Part shown: positions 1 to 11,048 of the stretch, piece after piece
How the letters are laid out: each line of letters starts with the position of its first letter
Numbering within the stretch: position 1 is the stretch's first letter
Source: Marsupella aquatica
Taxonomy: Eukaryota; Plantae; Marchantiophyta
Reading direction: 5' to 3'
Length of the DNA: 64,000 bases
Assembly: GCA_973895155.1 (NCBI GenBank)
Contig: OZ316897.1
Span: 13,825,375 to 13,889,374 of the forward strand
Program-made: the position numbers and the translations under genes
The notes under the pieces: model-generated
What the model was told of the DNA's origin: nothing
Database searches by the model: none
What the model saw: the letters and a program-made list of their open reading frames with translations, nothing else

Positions 1-56
1 AATCAGGTACTCAAATTTGGCAGTAATCTCTCTTTTAGGAATTACAGTAGTGACTT

Positions 57-212
57 GGTGAGAGGGTCCCAATTTGCAAGTCACAAAGTTATCGCTTGTA
101 GGGATGAGAGTAGAGAAAAGGGTGAGAGGGTGCCACTTTGCAAGTCAAAAAGTTATCACTGCTAGGGATGAGAGCAGAGACAAGGGTGAGAGGGTGCCAC
201 TTTGCAAGTCAA
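57..212. repeat. Tandem repeat, 64-bp unit, about 2.4 copies
   Basis: GGTGAGAGGGT(G)CC..TTTGCAAGTC recurs at 57, 121 and 185. Confidence 0.85.
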
Positions 213-1245
213 TGAAAAGAGTTACGCAAGAGAGTCAACTGAGCCTCGTTTGAGGATGAATGTCAGGCACGGATCTTTTTCTATGCCGCAGCTAACTTAC
301 AATTCTAAATGACGGTTTCCGAGCGCTCCTTTCTGCGCACCCAATTGCGTCTGCTCTGTTGCTCACCCTGTGGGCCATCTTCCTTTCTGGCATACCAGCT
401 TTCGGCGCTCTGGTCCTGTGGGCCGTCGTCCTTTCTCGAGTAAGCTTCTGGAGTTTTGCTTTCTGAGCAGGTAAGAATTTGCCTTACAGTCAGGTGGGCG
501 TCGAGAAGAGACAAAATTTGGGTGTGCTGAAAAGTCCAACAGAAGGTTGGTTTCGATACGGCACTCCATAGTCCACTCTTCCTGAGTTTCTTTCCAGCCA
601 ATTCATTCGCACGTTCGGAATATGCAGTCTTAGAGTGACGTCCCATTTTGCAGAATTCAACGTGACCCCCGGTGACTTATTTGTTCGATTGCGTACCAAT
701 CAGAAAGCCTATGCAGACATGGAAGCATGGGACCCTGGAGAATTTAATTAACCATAATGCAATTGACGTGGACACACACACAACTACAGGCCGTAAGGAT
801 CGGCGCAAACACCGGTCTCAGCAGCAGCTGTAACTATGGGTGATGGTTTACAGCCTGATGTTCCATTCAGCACGTCAACCTGGAATGAGCGAGTGTCTAC
901 TACGAAATAATGACCGATTAATGTTGAATGTGCCATGCTTTGATCTTTACAAGCCATCACGAAACGAGAAACCAAAATGAAGTGTAGGGTAACCCAACCT
1001 TCAAGAGGCGGTAGTGGGATCCAGATTATTTTTTATGTGCCAATTTCCACTTCCACTTTTGGCAAAAACTGGCAATTGTGTCTACCATTTGCCACTTTCC
1101 CACCAAATCATGGATCCCATTTGCTAGTCTCTAAGGACACCCCCGTTCCTAACTTTTGTTCTTCCTACCCATCACATGCAAAGAAGTTTGGTGTTTTTCA
1201 ATTCAATTGGGTGGAAGACTTAAAAACATTTGTCAGTCTTCAACT

Positions 1246-1900
1246 TGCCTGAGCTAAGGATGGAGGACCATCATCATAGGGTTGCCATTGATGTCAAAAA
1301 CATCATAGGGTCGCCATTGATGTCAAAAACTCCCGGAGTCTCTTGGTGATATAATTTTGTCAGCCCAGGGGTTTCTTCCTGGTCAGCTGAGAAAAGATAG
1401 AGTCCACCAAGCCGTGCTGGACTCCCATTCTGGTCATGACCCTCTTGTAGAGTAAATGAGGCTGCTGCCAGAATGTGCCAATAAGGCTCATTTGGGCAAA
1501 ACTCGACTGCATCTGCATTTCCTCCCAACTCTACGTTGGCCATCCTTTGGACACCGCTCAAGCTTGTTCCAAATGAAACCTCAAAGGTCACCCTTCAGAC
1601 CATCATGAGCATAACACACCAATTGTGCCTGATCATCCAATTTCGCTCTGAGGGTCCTCCAGTGAGTCCAATCAAACCCAGAATTAACAGACTTCCTGAC
1701 TTCCAAGAAGATTGTGGCCAGCTTCATGGCTCGTTTATCCACGTAATTGCTCAAAACCTTCTGTGTGCTCAAAACCTTCTGTGTCCATCATGAAGTGTCT
1801 CGCAGCTGTTGCCGCCTACAATTGAGAATCTTCTTTTTTTGCCTTGAATACAGAAAGTTGACCCCTCCAAGAGAGGATTGATGAACAACTCCAGAGCATG
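1246..1900 (-). pseudogene. Inverted partial duplicate of the DPH7 5' region (leader plus first ~90 codons), frameshifted and truncated
   Basis: The reverse complement aligns with 5235-5843. It encodes MANVELGGNADAVEFCPNEPYWHILAAASFTLQEG... against MAKVELGGNADAVEFCPNEPYLHILAAASYTLQEG.... It has a 1-bp loss at DIKW and internal tandem duplications at 1272-1329 and 1748-1783. Confidence 0.93.
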
Positions 1901-1904
1901 CACC

Positions 1905-2122
1905 TCTGTAGGGTAGCCGACAAGGGGGGATCATACCTAGTACAAGGAGGGAGAGAGGGTTGGACCAGAGCCCCAAGTGGACCAGCCAGGGGCTGAGGAC
2001 AACCAGGACTCCCACCACTACACCCCACCCACACACACATTCACCCTCCACAACCCTTGCATGTGGGGGGGGGATTGAACCTGGGACCTCTTGGTTCTAG
2101 GCTCATCCCCTGACCAACTTGA
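1905..2122 (-). mobile_element. tRNA-derived SINE-like element, probably 5' truncated
   Basis: The minus strand reads GGTCAAGTTGGTCAGGGG (A-box-like) ... GAGGTCCCAGGTTCAATCCCCC (B box, T-arm), then a non-tRNA GC-rich body. There is no acceptor stem. Confidence 0.6.
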
Positions 2123-2929
2123 CCTGTAATTGAGAATCTTCTGGTGCTATGCGTGGAGACCAAATTCTGTGTTTCTCTCTTGTGCATGATTCCTCTCTTT
2201 TTCTCCAGTTCATAATTAGAGGGGTAACTGGGCACTTACCTCCATGCGCCCAGCGGGTTAAAATAATGAACAAGAACAGGCAGTTTGACATCAATCTGTC
2301 ACTTTGAATTCTTAGGGCATGCCATCTTTGGCTTGAGAACTCACCTCCATGAACATTAGATTTGGCTTGCATTTATGCCTCCTGGCCAACCCGCTTGTGT
2401 TTGTGACGAGTCTTTGGACCCCAAGTATGTTCATATACTCAGGTGTGGTCATGACAGTCAGAGGACACACATGATGACATAAGTGATGTGATGACTATTA
2501 TTGCTTAGGATTTGAAATGTCATGTCAAAATGGAAGAGTGAAATGTGCTTCCATCTTAGGATGATGTTCTTGACAAGGGACAGCTTGATCTTGTCTTTTG
2601 TAGGGTTAGAATTTGCGACCTTGGGGATGTGGTCATTATTAGTGTGAACAATGTATTGGTTGTTGCCCATGCATCAAGTCATGATGTAGCCAAGCAGTCC
2701 GGCTCAAGGAGGAGGCATGATTATGCTAATTGCTACCCTAGGAATTTGTTTCCCCCCCCCCTTCCTTTGGAGGTCTTTGGGGCTTTACATCCTATCTTTG
2801 ACTGATGCGGACATGCATGTGCAGTCCTTTCTAAAGAGGAAGGTCTTATCCCACACTTACTATTCTCCATACCTCTTTTAGACGGTGGATGTCTGACACA
2901 CTACCAAGGGCTCAAGCATTCACTAGTCT

Positions 2930-3100
2930 TTGGAAGCTGGAAGCTGTTAGTTTTAGGGCAAGAAATCTTTGTGACCTCTTAGACACCTTACAGAGGGCTC
3001 AAGTCAAGGCTGTTAGTTTTAGGGCTTTTAGATCTCTTGGTGACCCTCTTATGTGGCTGTTAGTTTCAGGGCTTCTAGATCTTTTGGTCCCCTCTTACGT
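2930..3100. repeat. Degenerate tandem repeat (GCTGTTAGTTTYAGGGC...CTCTTA), about 3 copies
   Basis: The motif recurs near 2943, 3009 and 3056. Confidence 0.7.
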
Positions 3101-3299
3101 GTATTTTTCCTGACTTTCACCAAGCTTTTCAGTTTGCTGCTTAGTTCTACTTTAGAGCCAACTCCCACGTGACCTTCCTGAAGGATGTGGCGCTACCTAA
3201 ACCCTCTGCACAAAGCAAATCTAGATTTAAAACATGATCTGCTTAAGTGCAAAGTCTTTGCTTTTGTTTTATTCTGAATTCAACGTCAGCAGGACCTCT

Positions 3300-3590
3300 A
3301 AGTGCTGGAAAGTTTCTGGCTTTTGCCTTTGGAAGTCCACAATCTGTGTAGTCAGGCCTGGCCCAGGAAAGGGTTCAAGCATGTAAATGGTGTCTATTAT
3401 ATGCTCCCATGAGTCAAGATGAGGGACACATTCTTCAGGACTGCATACATGCTAGTTGTGCCTTCCTTTGCTAACTCTTTGCTCTTGGCTCTTCCACGGG
3501 TTTTCCCTATTGTAGAGGACTGTGGGGCTAGCCTGGTTTCTCTCTTGTGCTCACTTAGTCTTGGGCACTTTTTGTTCTTTTGAAAAGGAA
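3300..3590 (+). mobile_element. LINE 3'-end relic (C-terminal CCHC zinc knuckle)
   Basis: Translates as ERVQACKWCLLYAPMSQDEGHILQDC, fitting the ERxxxCxxC...EDExHxxxxC pattern of non-LTR ORF2 C-termini. Stop codons follow. Confidence 0.45.
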
Positions 3591-3835
3591 TATCTTATTA
3601 ATAAGGCACAATGCAAGGGTTATGTCTAGGGTGAAGCTACACCATAACTCTAAGTAAGGACAAAACTGAAAGTGAACAAAATGAAAATGGACAAAAAAAC
3701 ATAATCAAAGATGAACAATACTATAGCATTCATCTCTATATTAATCACGCTACTGTAGACGGCACGTCAAAGCCATGTTCTCTTGTAAGTCAAGAATATT
3801 ATAACCATTTAATTTTCCTGTTGTTATATTATCGA

Positions 3836-4264
3836 GACCGTCAGATTGAGCTAAAGGGTTTAGGGTTTAGATTTTCCTCTAATATCTAGACCGTCAGATC
3901 GAGCTCCAGTTGGTGAATCCCCTTGCCCACAAGTAAGTTTTTGTGAGTAGCGTCTCACTCGTTCTTTTCTCAAATGCTCTCTTCAAACACGAAGCTGCTC
4001 TGGCGCACTGGAAATTTATGTTCCTGTTCTTCTTTGGGTGCTGCTTGGATTGATGAATTGCTTGGATTGATGAACGGACCCTACGAATGTCCTCTCCTCG
4101 TGCAAGTTTCGTTTGCTAGAAGGCTTAATGAGAATTGAAGCAAACAAAAGGAAATTGCCGTCTGCAGTGCTCGCTTGTTGGGTTTCCTCGGTTTACGATG
4201 TCTGCAGAAACCTCCTCACAACAACAGACGAACACCACCGGTTCCAAAGGTTTAGGGTTTAGGG
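3836..4264 (+). promoter_or_regulatory. Probable DPH7 promoter/leader with telo-boxes
   Basis: AGGGTTTAGGGTTTAG at ~3855 and ~4248, GACCGTCAGAT twice (~3836, ~3889), and a donor-like GTAAGT at ~3933. Telo-boxes typify translation-related genes. Confidence 0.5.
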
Positions 4265-5574
4265 TCCGCTCCTCCCTTCAATCTGTTTAGAGAGGAGGTA
4301 TCCACTTCTCCAGAAGTTTCTTGAATTCATTTGATTTGATCTAGATGATAATGCAAATGGTTGAAACGCTTCTCGTTTCTTGAACGGGCTTTGGAATTTT
4401 AAAGCTGGCTGGACGCTTTGGATAATTTTTTAGATCGTTTTCTGTGGGCTGTACTGTAGTGGTCGTGCTCTTTCGAGCAACCGGAGATGCACCATTCTCA
4501 AGCAATCCAAATTCAAGGTACTCAATCAAGTTTGCCTTGGTATCAATTAATTCCTAGGTCATCGTTGGTAATAGACGGCATCGGTTCGATGCCGGAATTC
4601 GTTAGTCCCATATTCGCTGTAGTTCCGTGAATTCTTTGGAGAGTAGAGGTTGGAATGTCCAAGGTTCTCTTTGATGGGAAAGTTTTACAGAGGTGTAATG
4701 TCCGTAAATAGTGACTTGGAAGTGGACCGAGGCTCTCTCTAATGGGAAAACTTTACAAAGGTAGAATTAGCAATGGTGACAAGTAACAAGCAATCCACGA
4801 TTCGGAATGCACTTCTTCTTGTGATTCTAATCTGGGGTTGATGGATTAGAGAAAAATCAACGGGTACTGCCTGAAGGCTTCAGACGTTTGACGAATACCT
4901 GGACTACTACGATGGGTCCTGTCTGCTGTCTCATGGTTCATGTACTTCTTGCGAAGCGCAGATCGGAAGTTGGGAGCGGTTCGCCAAAGTGATTGATTTC
5001 TTGCGAAAACAACTGGATCGGGAGACTGTTGTAAGTGTTGTTGCGACTCCGATTTATCCAGAGAATGACATGTTGTGAAGTGAAATCCACTTGACATTTT
5101 GGTTAATTGTATCTTTTGTGGGCAGAGACTGTATCTTCGTGACACTAGGCTGAAAGGTTTACTTTGGGTATTCCCCTTGAGGTGTCTCGGGTTGGCTTGC
5201 GTTAGTGCCAAACCAAGGGGACCCATCTGTTACACATGCTCCGGAGTTGATCGGCTATTCTCTGTTGGATGGGTCAACTTTCTGTATTCAAGGCCAAAAA
5301 AGAAGATTCTCAATTACAGGCAGCAACAGCTGCCGAGACAGTTCATGATGGACACAGAAGGTTTTGAGCAATTACATGGATAAACGAGCCTTGAAGCTGG
5401 CCACAATCTTCTGGGAAGTCAGGAAGTCTATTAATTCTAGGTTTGACTGGACTCACTGGAGGACCCTCAGAGCGAAATTGGATGATCAGGCAAAATTGGT
5501 GTGTTATGCTCATGATGGGCTGAAGGGCGACCTCTGAGGTTTCATTTGGAACAACCTTGAGCGGTGTCCGAAGG

Positions 5575-6864
5575 ATGGCCAAGGTAGAGTTGGGAGGAAA
5601 TGCAGATGCGGTCGAGTTTTGCCCAAATGAGCCTTATTTGCACATTCTGGCAGCAGCCTCATATACTCTACAAGAAGGTCATGACCAGAACGGGAGTCCA
5701 GCACGGCTTGGTGGACTCTATCTTTTCTCAGCTGACCAGGAAGAAACCCCTGGGTTGACAAAATTATATCACCGAGAGGCTCCGGGAGTTTTTGACATCA
5801 AATGGCGACCCTATGATGATGGTCCTCCATCCTTAGCTCAGGCCAGTGCTGATGGCAGTTTGTATCTTCACACATTAGAGGAGGGCTTTGACCCTGCAAC
5901 GTTGGAGCTTCACGAAAAGGCTAATGTGGGTGTCTCCACTTCCATGTGCCTCTATGTGGATTGGAATCCGGTGCATTCCAATCCTGAAGTTGTTCTTAGT
6001 CACTCCGATGGATCCATCTCTGTAGTTAACCTGGGACAGTCAGAGCTAGAGATTAGTGCCTCCTGGCAGGCACATGACTTTGAGGCCTGGGTTGCAGCAT
6101 ATGACTCTTGGAGAACTCAAGTTGTGTACAGTGGAGGTGATGATTGCCAATTTTGCTGTTGGGACCTGAGAGAGAATCCTAGTTGTCCAGTATTTAGGGA
6201 CAGGAAAACCCATAGCATGGGTGTTACCAGCATTCAGGGCAATGTGCTGTGGGAGAACATTCTGGTTACCGGTAGCTATGATGAGAGGGTGAGGTTGTTC
6301 GATTTGAGAATGACACAGAAACCACTCATGACAGCAGAATTGGGGCTCGGGGGAGGAGTATGGAGAGTGAAATGGCATCACACTAGGAGGGACGTTCTTC
6401 TAGCAGCTTGCATGCATAATGGAGCTGCAATAGCACAAGTGGTCGAAGGAGGATTCCAGGTACTTGAACAGTACGAGGAACATACGTCACTGACATATGG
6501 AGCAAGTTGGTGCCGAGGTGACTTGGGGAATACTCTCGAGATGTTGAATGCAGATAATGGATTAGAGGCCAAGGGCCATGAGAGATTTTCTTGTACAGAT
6601 CTGACAAACTCGGGTGCAGAAGAGGCCAAGCAGGTTCTTCAGCACGTAGCAGAAATAGAAGAGACGGAGATAATTGAGCCGAAATTGACAGGGGACAGGG
6701 TGACAGAAAGAGATAATGGTCACGAGGGAAGTCTGTCAGTTGACTTCAGAAAGCTCGGCTCGGAGACAGCCATGGGGATGAGAACCCTCGTTGCAACTTG
6801 TTCTTTCTATGACAAAGCTGTTCATTTGTGGCGGCCCAGGACATTTTCCGTCGTCCCACGGTGA
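5575..6864 (+). CDS. DPH7: Diphthine methyltransferase/methylesterase homologue (WD40 repeat, DPH7/WDR85), 429 aa, single coding exon
   Basis: Family motifs GNADAVEFCP, YTLQEG, AHDFEAW, SGGDD, TGSYDE, GGGVWRVKW, ACMHNG, SLTYGASW and ATCSFYDK. The ATG at 5575 matches the plant N-terminus; the ORF-track start at 5557 is TTG. Confidence 0.93.
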   Translation: MAKVELGGNADAVEFCPNEPYLHILAAASYTLQEGHDQNGSPARLGGLYLFSADQEETPGLTKLYHREAPGVFDIKWRPYDDGPPSLAQASADGSLYLHTLEEGFDPATLELHEKANVGVSTSMCLYVDWNPVHSNPEVVLSHSDGSISVVNLGQSELEISASWQAHDFEAWVAAYDSWRTQVVYSGGDDCQFCCWDLRENPSCPVFRDRKTHSMGVTSIQGNVLWENILVTGSYDERVRLFDLRMTQKPLMTAELGLGGGVWRVKWHHTRRDVLLAACMHNGAAIAQVVEGGFQVLEQYEEHTSLTYGASWCRGDLGNTLEMLNADNGLEAKGHERFSCTDLTNSGAEEAKQVLQHVAEIEETEIIEPKLTGDRVTERDNGHEGSLSVDFRKLGSETAMGMRTLVATCSFYDKAVHLWRPRTFSVVPR

Positions 6865-7169
6865 TCTGAGGTTATGACATGCTGACATTTGATTAAGCAG
6901 GTTTTGATGCCTTCCTCTGGCTTGACTGTGATGCTGGTTTTAGTCTTGGAAGGCTCAGAAAATTGTGTACTTTACACACCTGGAGCCAAAGAAGCCTGTC
7001 CTTGCGGAGCTGCTCTTCAAGAACTGTCAATTGCTTCTTCACTTGGTTTCTGCAGGATGGGTTCAACAGCGCATACTGGTCGACTTGGTCTTTAAATTTC
7101 TCATCTCTCTCCATACCCTGCAGTTGAACATACGTTAGGAAGAATAGTGGCCCCGACTCCGATCCATAA

Positions 7170-8153
7170 TTATTTGGGTACCACTCCTGGAAACAAAACG
7201 AAGTTCCACCTGCTTCGGAAATGCGCGTGAACCCTCCAAAAGTGATTTCGGAGGTCTAAATCTGAGCTGGCTATGTCAGCGAGGAGATCACAAGTTTGAC
7301 AAAAAAGCTTCCAAATACCACCTTCATTAATTGAACTCCTTGAACAAGTCAGTTTAGTGTATATCTTTAAAGAGCTAATGGAAAGCAAAGAAATGAATGC
7401 TTTGAGATAAAGCAACTGAATCTACAGAAATTTTACAGCGAACAAGGACATTGATGTGAATAAGGATAGAGTCCAATGCTGATCTAATGGGATTGCGGGG
7501 TCAAGCCTCGAACGAACCTTAATGGGCGCCCTCGCGATGAAGTATCGTATCTCATGTTCCAAAGACGCGAGAGGGCCGCGTTTGTCTTGGTCAAAGCCTT
7601 TGAATTTATTCTTCCACCTTTTGACCATGGCATTAACTGCACTGTCAGACTGGCGCTCATCAAAGATGTGTTGGTTTTCCTCCAGTGGATTGTTCAATCT
7701 TAGCTCTTGCCTTGAACTGAGGACTTGCTCGGCGGCTTCGATGCTGTGATATGACTTCTCTCTCGGTGATCCTGGTCGACCAAGTTGAAGAGTCCGAGAG
7801 AGATGATTCCAATTAGAACACTTGCTATTGTGTTCATTCAAGCCGGTCTCTTCTCCTTCCCTCTCTGATTCGTTACTTACACATCTTAGCTCCAGGCCAT
7901 CTACCCTCCATGAACTGGACTCGGGCACCATCTTCTGGCTTGTTAGAGCATCTCCACCAGTTCGGGCACTCGTGGCCCCTATCCCAAAAATTTGCCTCGT
8001 GTTATTATTCAGGTCCGATGGATGCTGGCCCGAGACCCTCCTCGCTGATCCCCACTGGCACCTCGCAAAATTTGCACAAAAATGTTTGTGGAATGCAGGA
8101 AACTCTCCAAGCAGGAACTCAAGCTTGAGCCAGATTGCGCTCAGTGTATGCAT
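7170..8153 (-). CDS. Possible spliced orphan gene (243-aa ORF plus a downstream CxxC...H exon), function unknown
   Basis: A long open frame at 8153-7422 with protein-like composition. A further frame at 7415-7170 contains WKLFCQTC...NHFWRVHAH. Splice structure is unresolved. Confidence 0.3.
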
Positions 8154-8884
8154 TCAATCTGTCTATCTTTCTGGGGGTCAAAATGGGGGCACATTCTCTG
8201 ACTGCATGAATCTGGCGTATGAAAACGCATATGAATTTGGCGGTCAGGGTCTGCAACTTTTCGGTGGGCCGCCATCAATGGGTTGTAGGGTGCCAGTGGG
8301 ACATCCTACCCGCATATGTGAAATCGCCATATGCCTAAATGAAGGTTATTGGGCTATTTGCTGGCCCTGGTGGAGATGCTCATACTGGAAGGGCTCGTGC
8401 TCTGTTTGCCAAGCTGCTCGTTGTTGATGTAGCCAACTTCTGAAGCTGGAATAACCACCACTTTTTTCTTTGTTGTCCAAGTGCCCGTGCTGTAGACTGC
8501 AAGCACTTCCTATAATTGTGGCCCCGGTTTGGACTTGTTCGACAAATAAGCGTTGTCCACCCTGACAAATGACATTTGTCACACCCAGTCATCCCAGCCC
8601 TGGCCTATCCACACCCTGGCCCGACCCTGACTGGCCCTAACCTGTCCCGGCCCGACCCTGGCCTGTCCTGGCCTATCCCCCCCCTCATCTTGTTTACACC
8701 AGTTGAACCCTCAACAAATAAAAACATATTTTGAAGCCTTCAGCTAGAAATTTTGAAAACTCATTAAGCTAGCAAATTGATTGAAATTGTAATGTACCAT
8801 CCACTCGCCCAAACTGCCAAAATTACTTCCTGGCCCAAAAATTTAATTTGGTTATCAGGTTATCCTCGCACGTCAACCCTACCA

Positions 8885-9155
8885 ACCTGAGATGACATGG
8901 ATTGTTTGTGGACACACGAGGCTCCTGATTCACCCGTGCTAACCCACCTCCTAACCCCCACAAGCTGCACCTTAATTAACACTGTGGACTAGGTCAATTT
9001 CCCCATCCGACATTTAAGTGGAATTCGGGTGTTGATAGCTATCGATGAGCAAAACCTATTCCATTTTGGTCTCTTCATTTGTCCCACTTTCACAGTCCTT
9101 GGGCAAATCATGAGTCAACAGATGTCCCAAGACCAAGTAGGTGTCATCTCAGGTT
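8885..9155. mobile_element. Small inverted-repeat (MITE-like) element
   Basis: AACCTGAGATGACA (8885) and TGTCATCTCAGGTT (9142) form a 14-bp inverted pair, with weaker inverted similarity outside it. Confidence 0.4.
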
Positions 9156-10071
9156 ATTTAGTCTAATTGAACCCACATATAACTGATATAACTGATAATT
9201 TAATTGTTTTTGGGGGAGGTTAATAAATAATCAGACCATAGTTTGCTGATCGCACTGAAGCGAAACACGTGATTGAAAAGGAATTGACAAGAGAATTGAT
9301 TGATTGAAAATCTTATCACGGGAGAAATTTCTGCTTGAATTTTGGAAAGGTCGATTGACTAGGACAGCTTTAAGCATTGTTTAATAAGATGGTACAAGAT
9401 ATCATAACAGAAACGTACATGTTTCACAGACCCACAACGTGAAGCTCACGAAGATAGCAAGCGACTCAATGGTTAACAAATCATTTGACACATTGTCTAA
9501 TTAACCAAGTACTGCTGTAGGTCCAGGACCTACCTTGGTTTCTCATGTGAAACAGTCGAATCCTCGCAGGCTTGCCTCCTCAGAGATCAAGAGTTTAGGG
9601 TTTAGCCCAGATGACTTTGTGGTAGGTCACTTGAATATAAACTGACAGGTATTGGGTTTAACTATTGTGACCGGTTCTTCCCTTTATGTGAGGTTTCACA
9701 GATTTCCACTTAAAAAAAAGGAAAGAAAAAAAAATTAAAAAAAAATCAAGGCTCTTCACAACAGCAATCAGAAGAGGTCGAACTTGAAAGGAGACCCATC
9801 ACTCTGCTTTGCTCTAATCTTCTTCGTGACCGCCAATCGGTTGAACCAAAAGACAGATTAAAGAGGATTGGGCATCATTCTTGGTCGAGCCTGTGTTTGA
9901 TGCATGCAATGCCATTTGCAGACCAATCCCAGCACCATAATGTGGGCATCCGTCTTTGCATTTGACATTTGATTTACTGGCTGTACATTGCAAAAACTTG
10001 TGACGAAATACAGGCGCTGCAGCACCAGAACCACTACTACTTGGTTACACTCCACGACTATCTTGTGATAA

Positions 10072-11048
10072 ATGGCCGAAGATGATCAAGGTTTCCGATG
10101 GCCGGCGGACATGGAATGCCGACGTGAAGCTGACCTTGTCAAGTATTACGAGAACAATCCTGATTGTAATAAGGTATTGATTTATGGCTTTGATATTACA
10201 GCTTAGGCCCTGACTCCTTCCAACTTAGTTGCAGTGAAATTAAGTGAGAATGAGAATACTTCGTCTGGCTCAGCCGATGGTTCATTTAATTTGCTGAAAT
10301 TGACACGTGAGTAAAGTTATCGATAGTTAATTCAGTAGCTGCAATCGATGTCTGAGAACCCGCAGGTGACAAATCAAAAAGGTCTGTCATCAGTGAGACC
10401 ATTGTTACCATCGATGATCAAACGAGGGCTAGGAGGACCAGAGAGCAATAGATTGAATCGTTGGAGTCTGGAAACTACATTGGAGCTCCTTGAGGCAATG
10501 AAGGCGTATGTACGCGCCAATAAGCTCAGTCTGATTGGGGTGAAACATTGGACATCGATTGCCATCAACCTGTCCAATCCTCACAATCTAGAGCTGAAAA
10601 AGCTTGCACGAAGCTCCATGGTACGTGACTGGTGTCTCTCGATCACGACCCATCCATCATTTCATCCGTCACTCGATCTGCTGCTTGTCCGTGAATTACT
10701 CCTAACTCAGACGATGCTGTGAGGTTGCTACTTAATATTAAGCTTCTACCATCTGATAGTTTCGAGCCCGGTTTCGAGCCTTGCTCCAATCCTAGGGATA
10801 CAAATTAGGTATGCCTATGTCACTTTGCTTTTACCGATTGGCTCTAGATGTGGACTTGGATTCAGGTTCGATTCGCTAATATTCGCCGAGTTCTGAGGAG
10901 AGGAAAGCACGCCAGAGTTGAATTTGAGATTCGGGAGAGTTTGGCTGAGTATTATGAAATTTGTGAGCTGCATCAGCAGGTTGCAAGCTCTAAAAAGTCA
11001 TCCATGTGTAGAAAGAATCCGCTTTCTAAACAGTCATCCCCACGCTGA
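10072..11048 (+). CDS. Small Myb/SANT-like (trihelix/MADF-type) DNA-binding protein, 3 exons (10072-10173, 10339-10620, 10848 or 10866-11048), ~190 aa
   Basis: All junctions are phase-0 GT-AG (AAG|GTATTG, TAG|CTG, ATG|GTACGT, TAG|ATG or CAG|GTT). The motif is RWSLETTLELLEAMK...HWTSIAINL...IQVRFANIRR. A telo-box lies at ~9595. Confidence 0.62.

Noticed and set aside
2060-2125. tRNA gene
   Set aside because: A/B boxes are present but there is no acceptor stem or cloverleaf, so it is treated as a SINE head.
3855-4264. Interstitial telomere
   Set aside because: Only about two TTTAGGG units per site, which are better explained as promoter telo-boxes.
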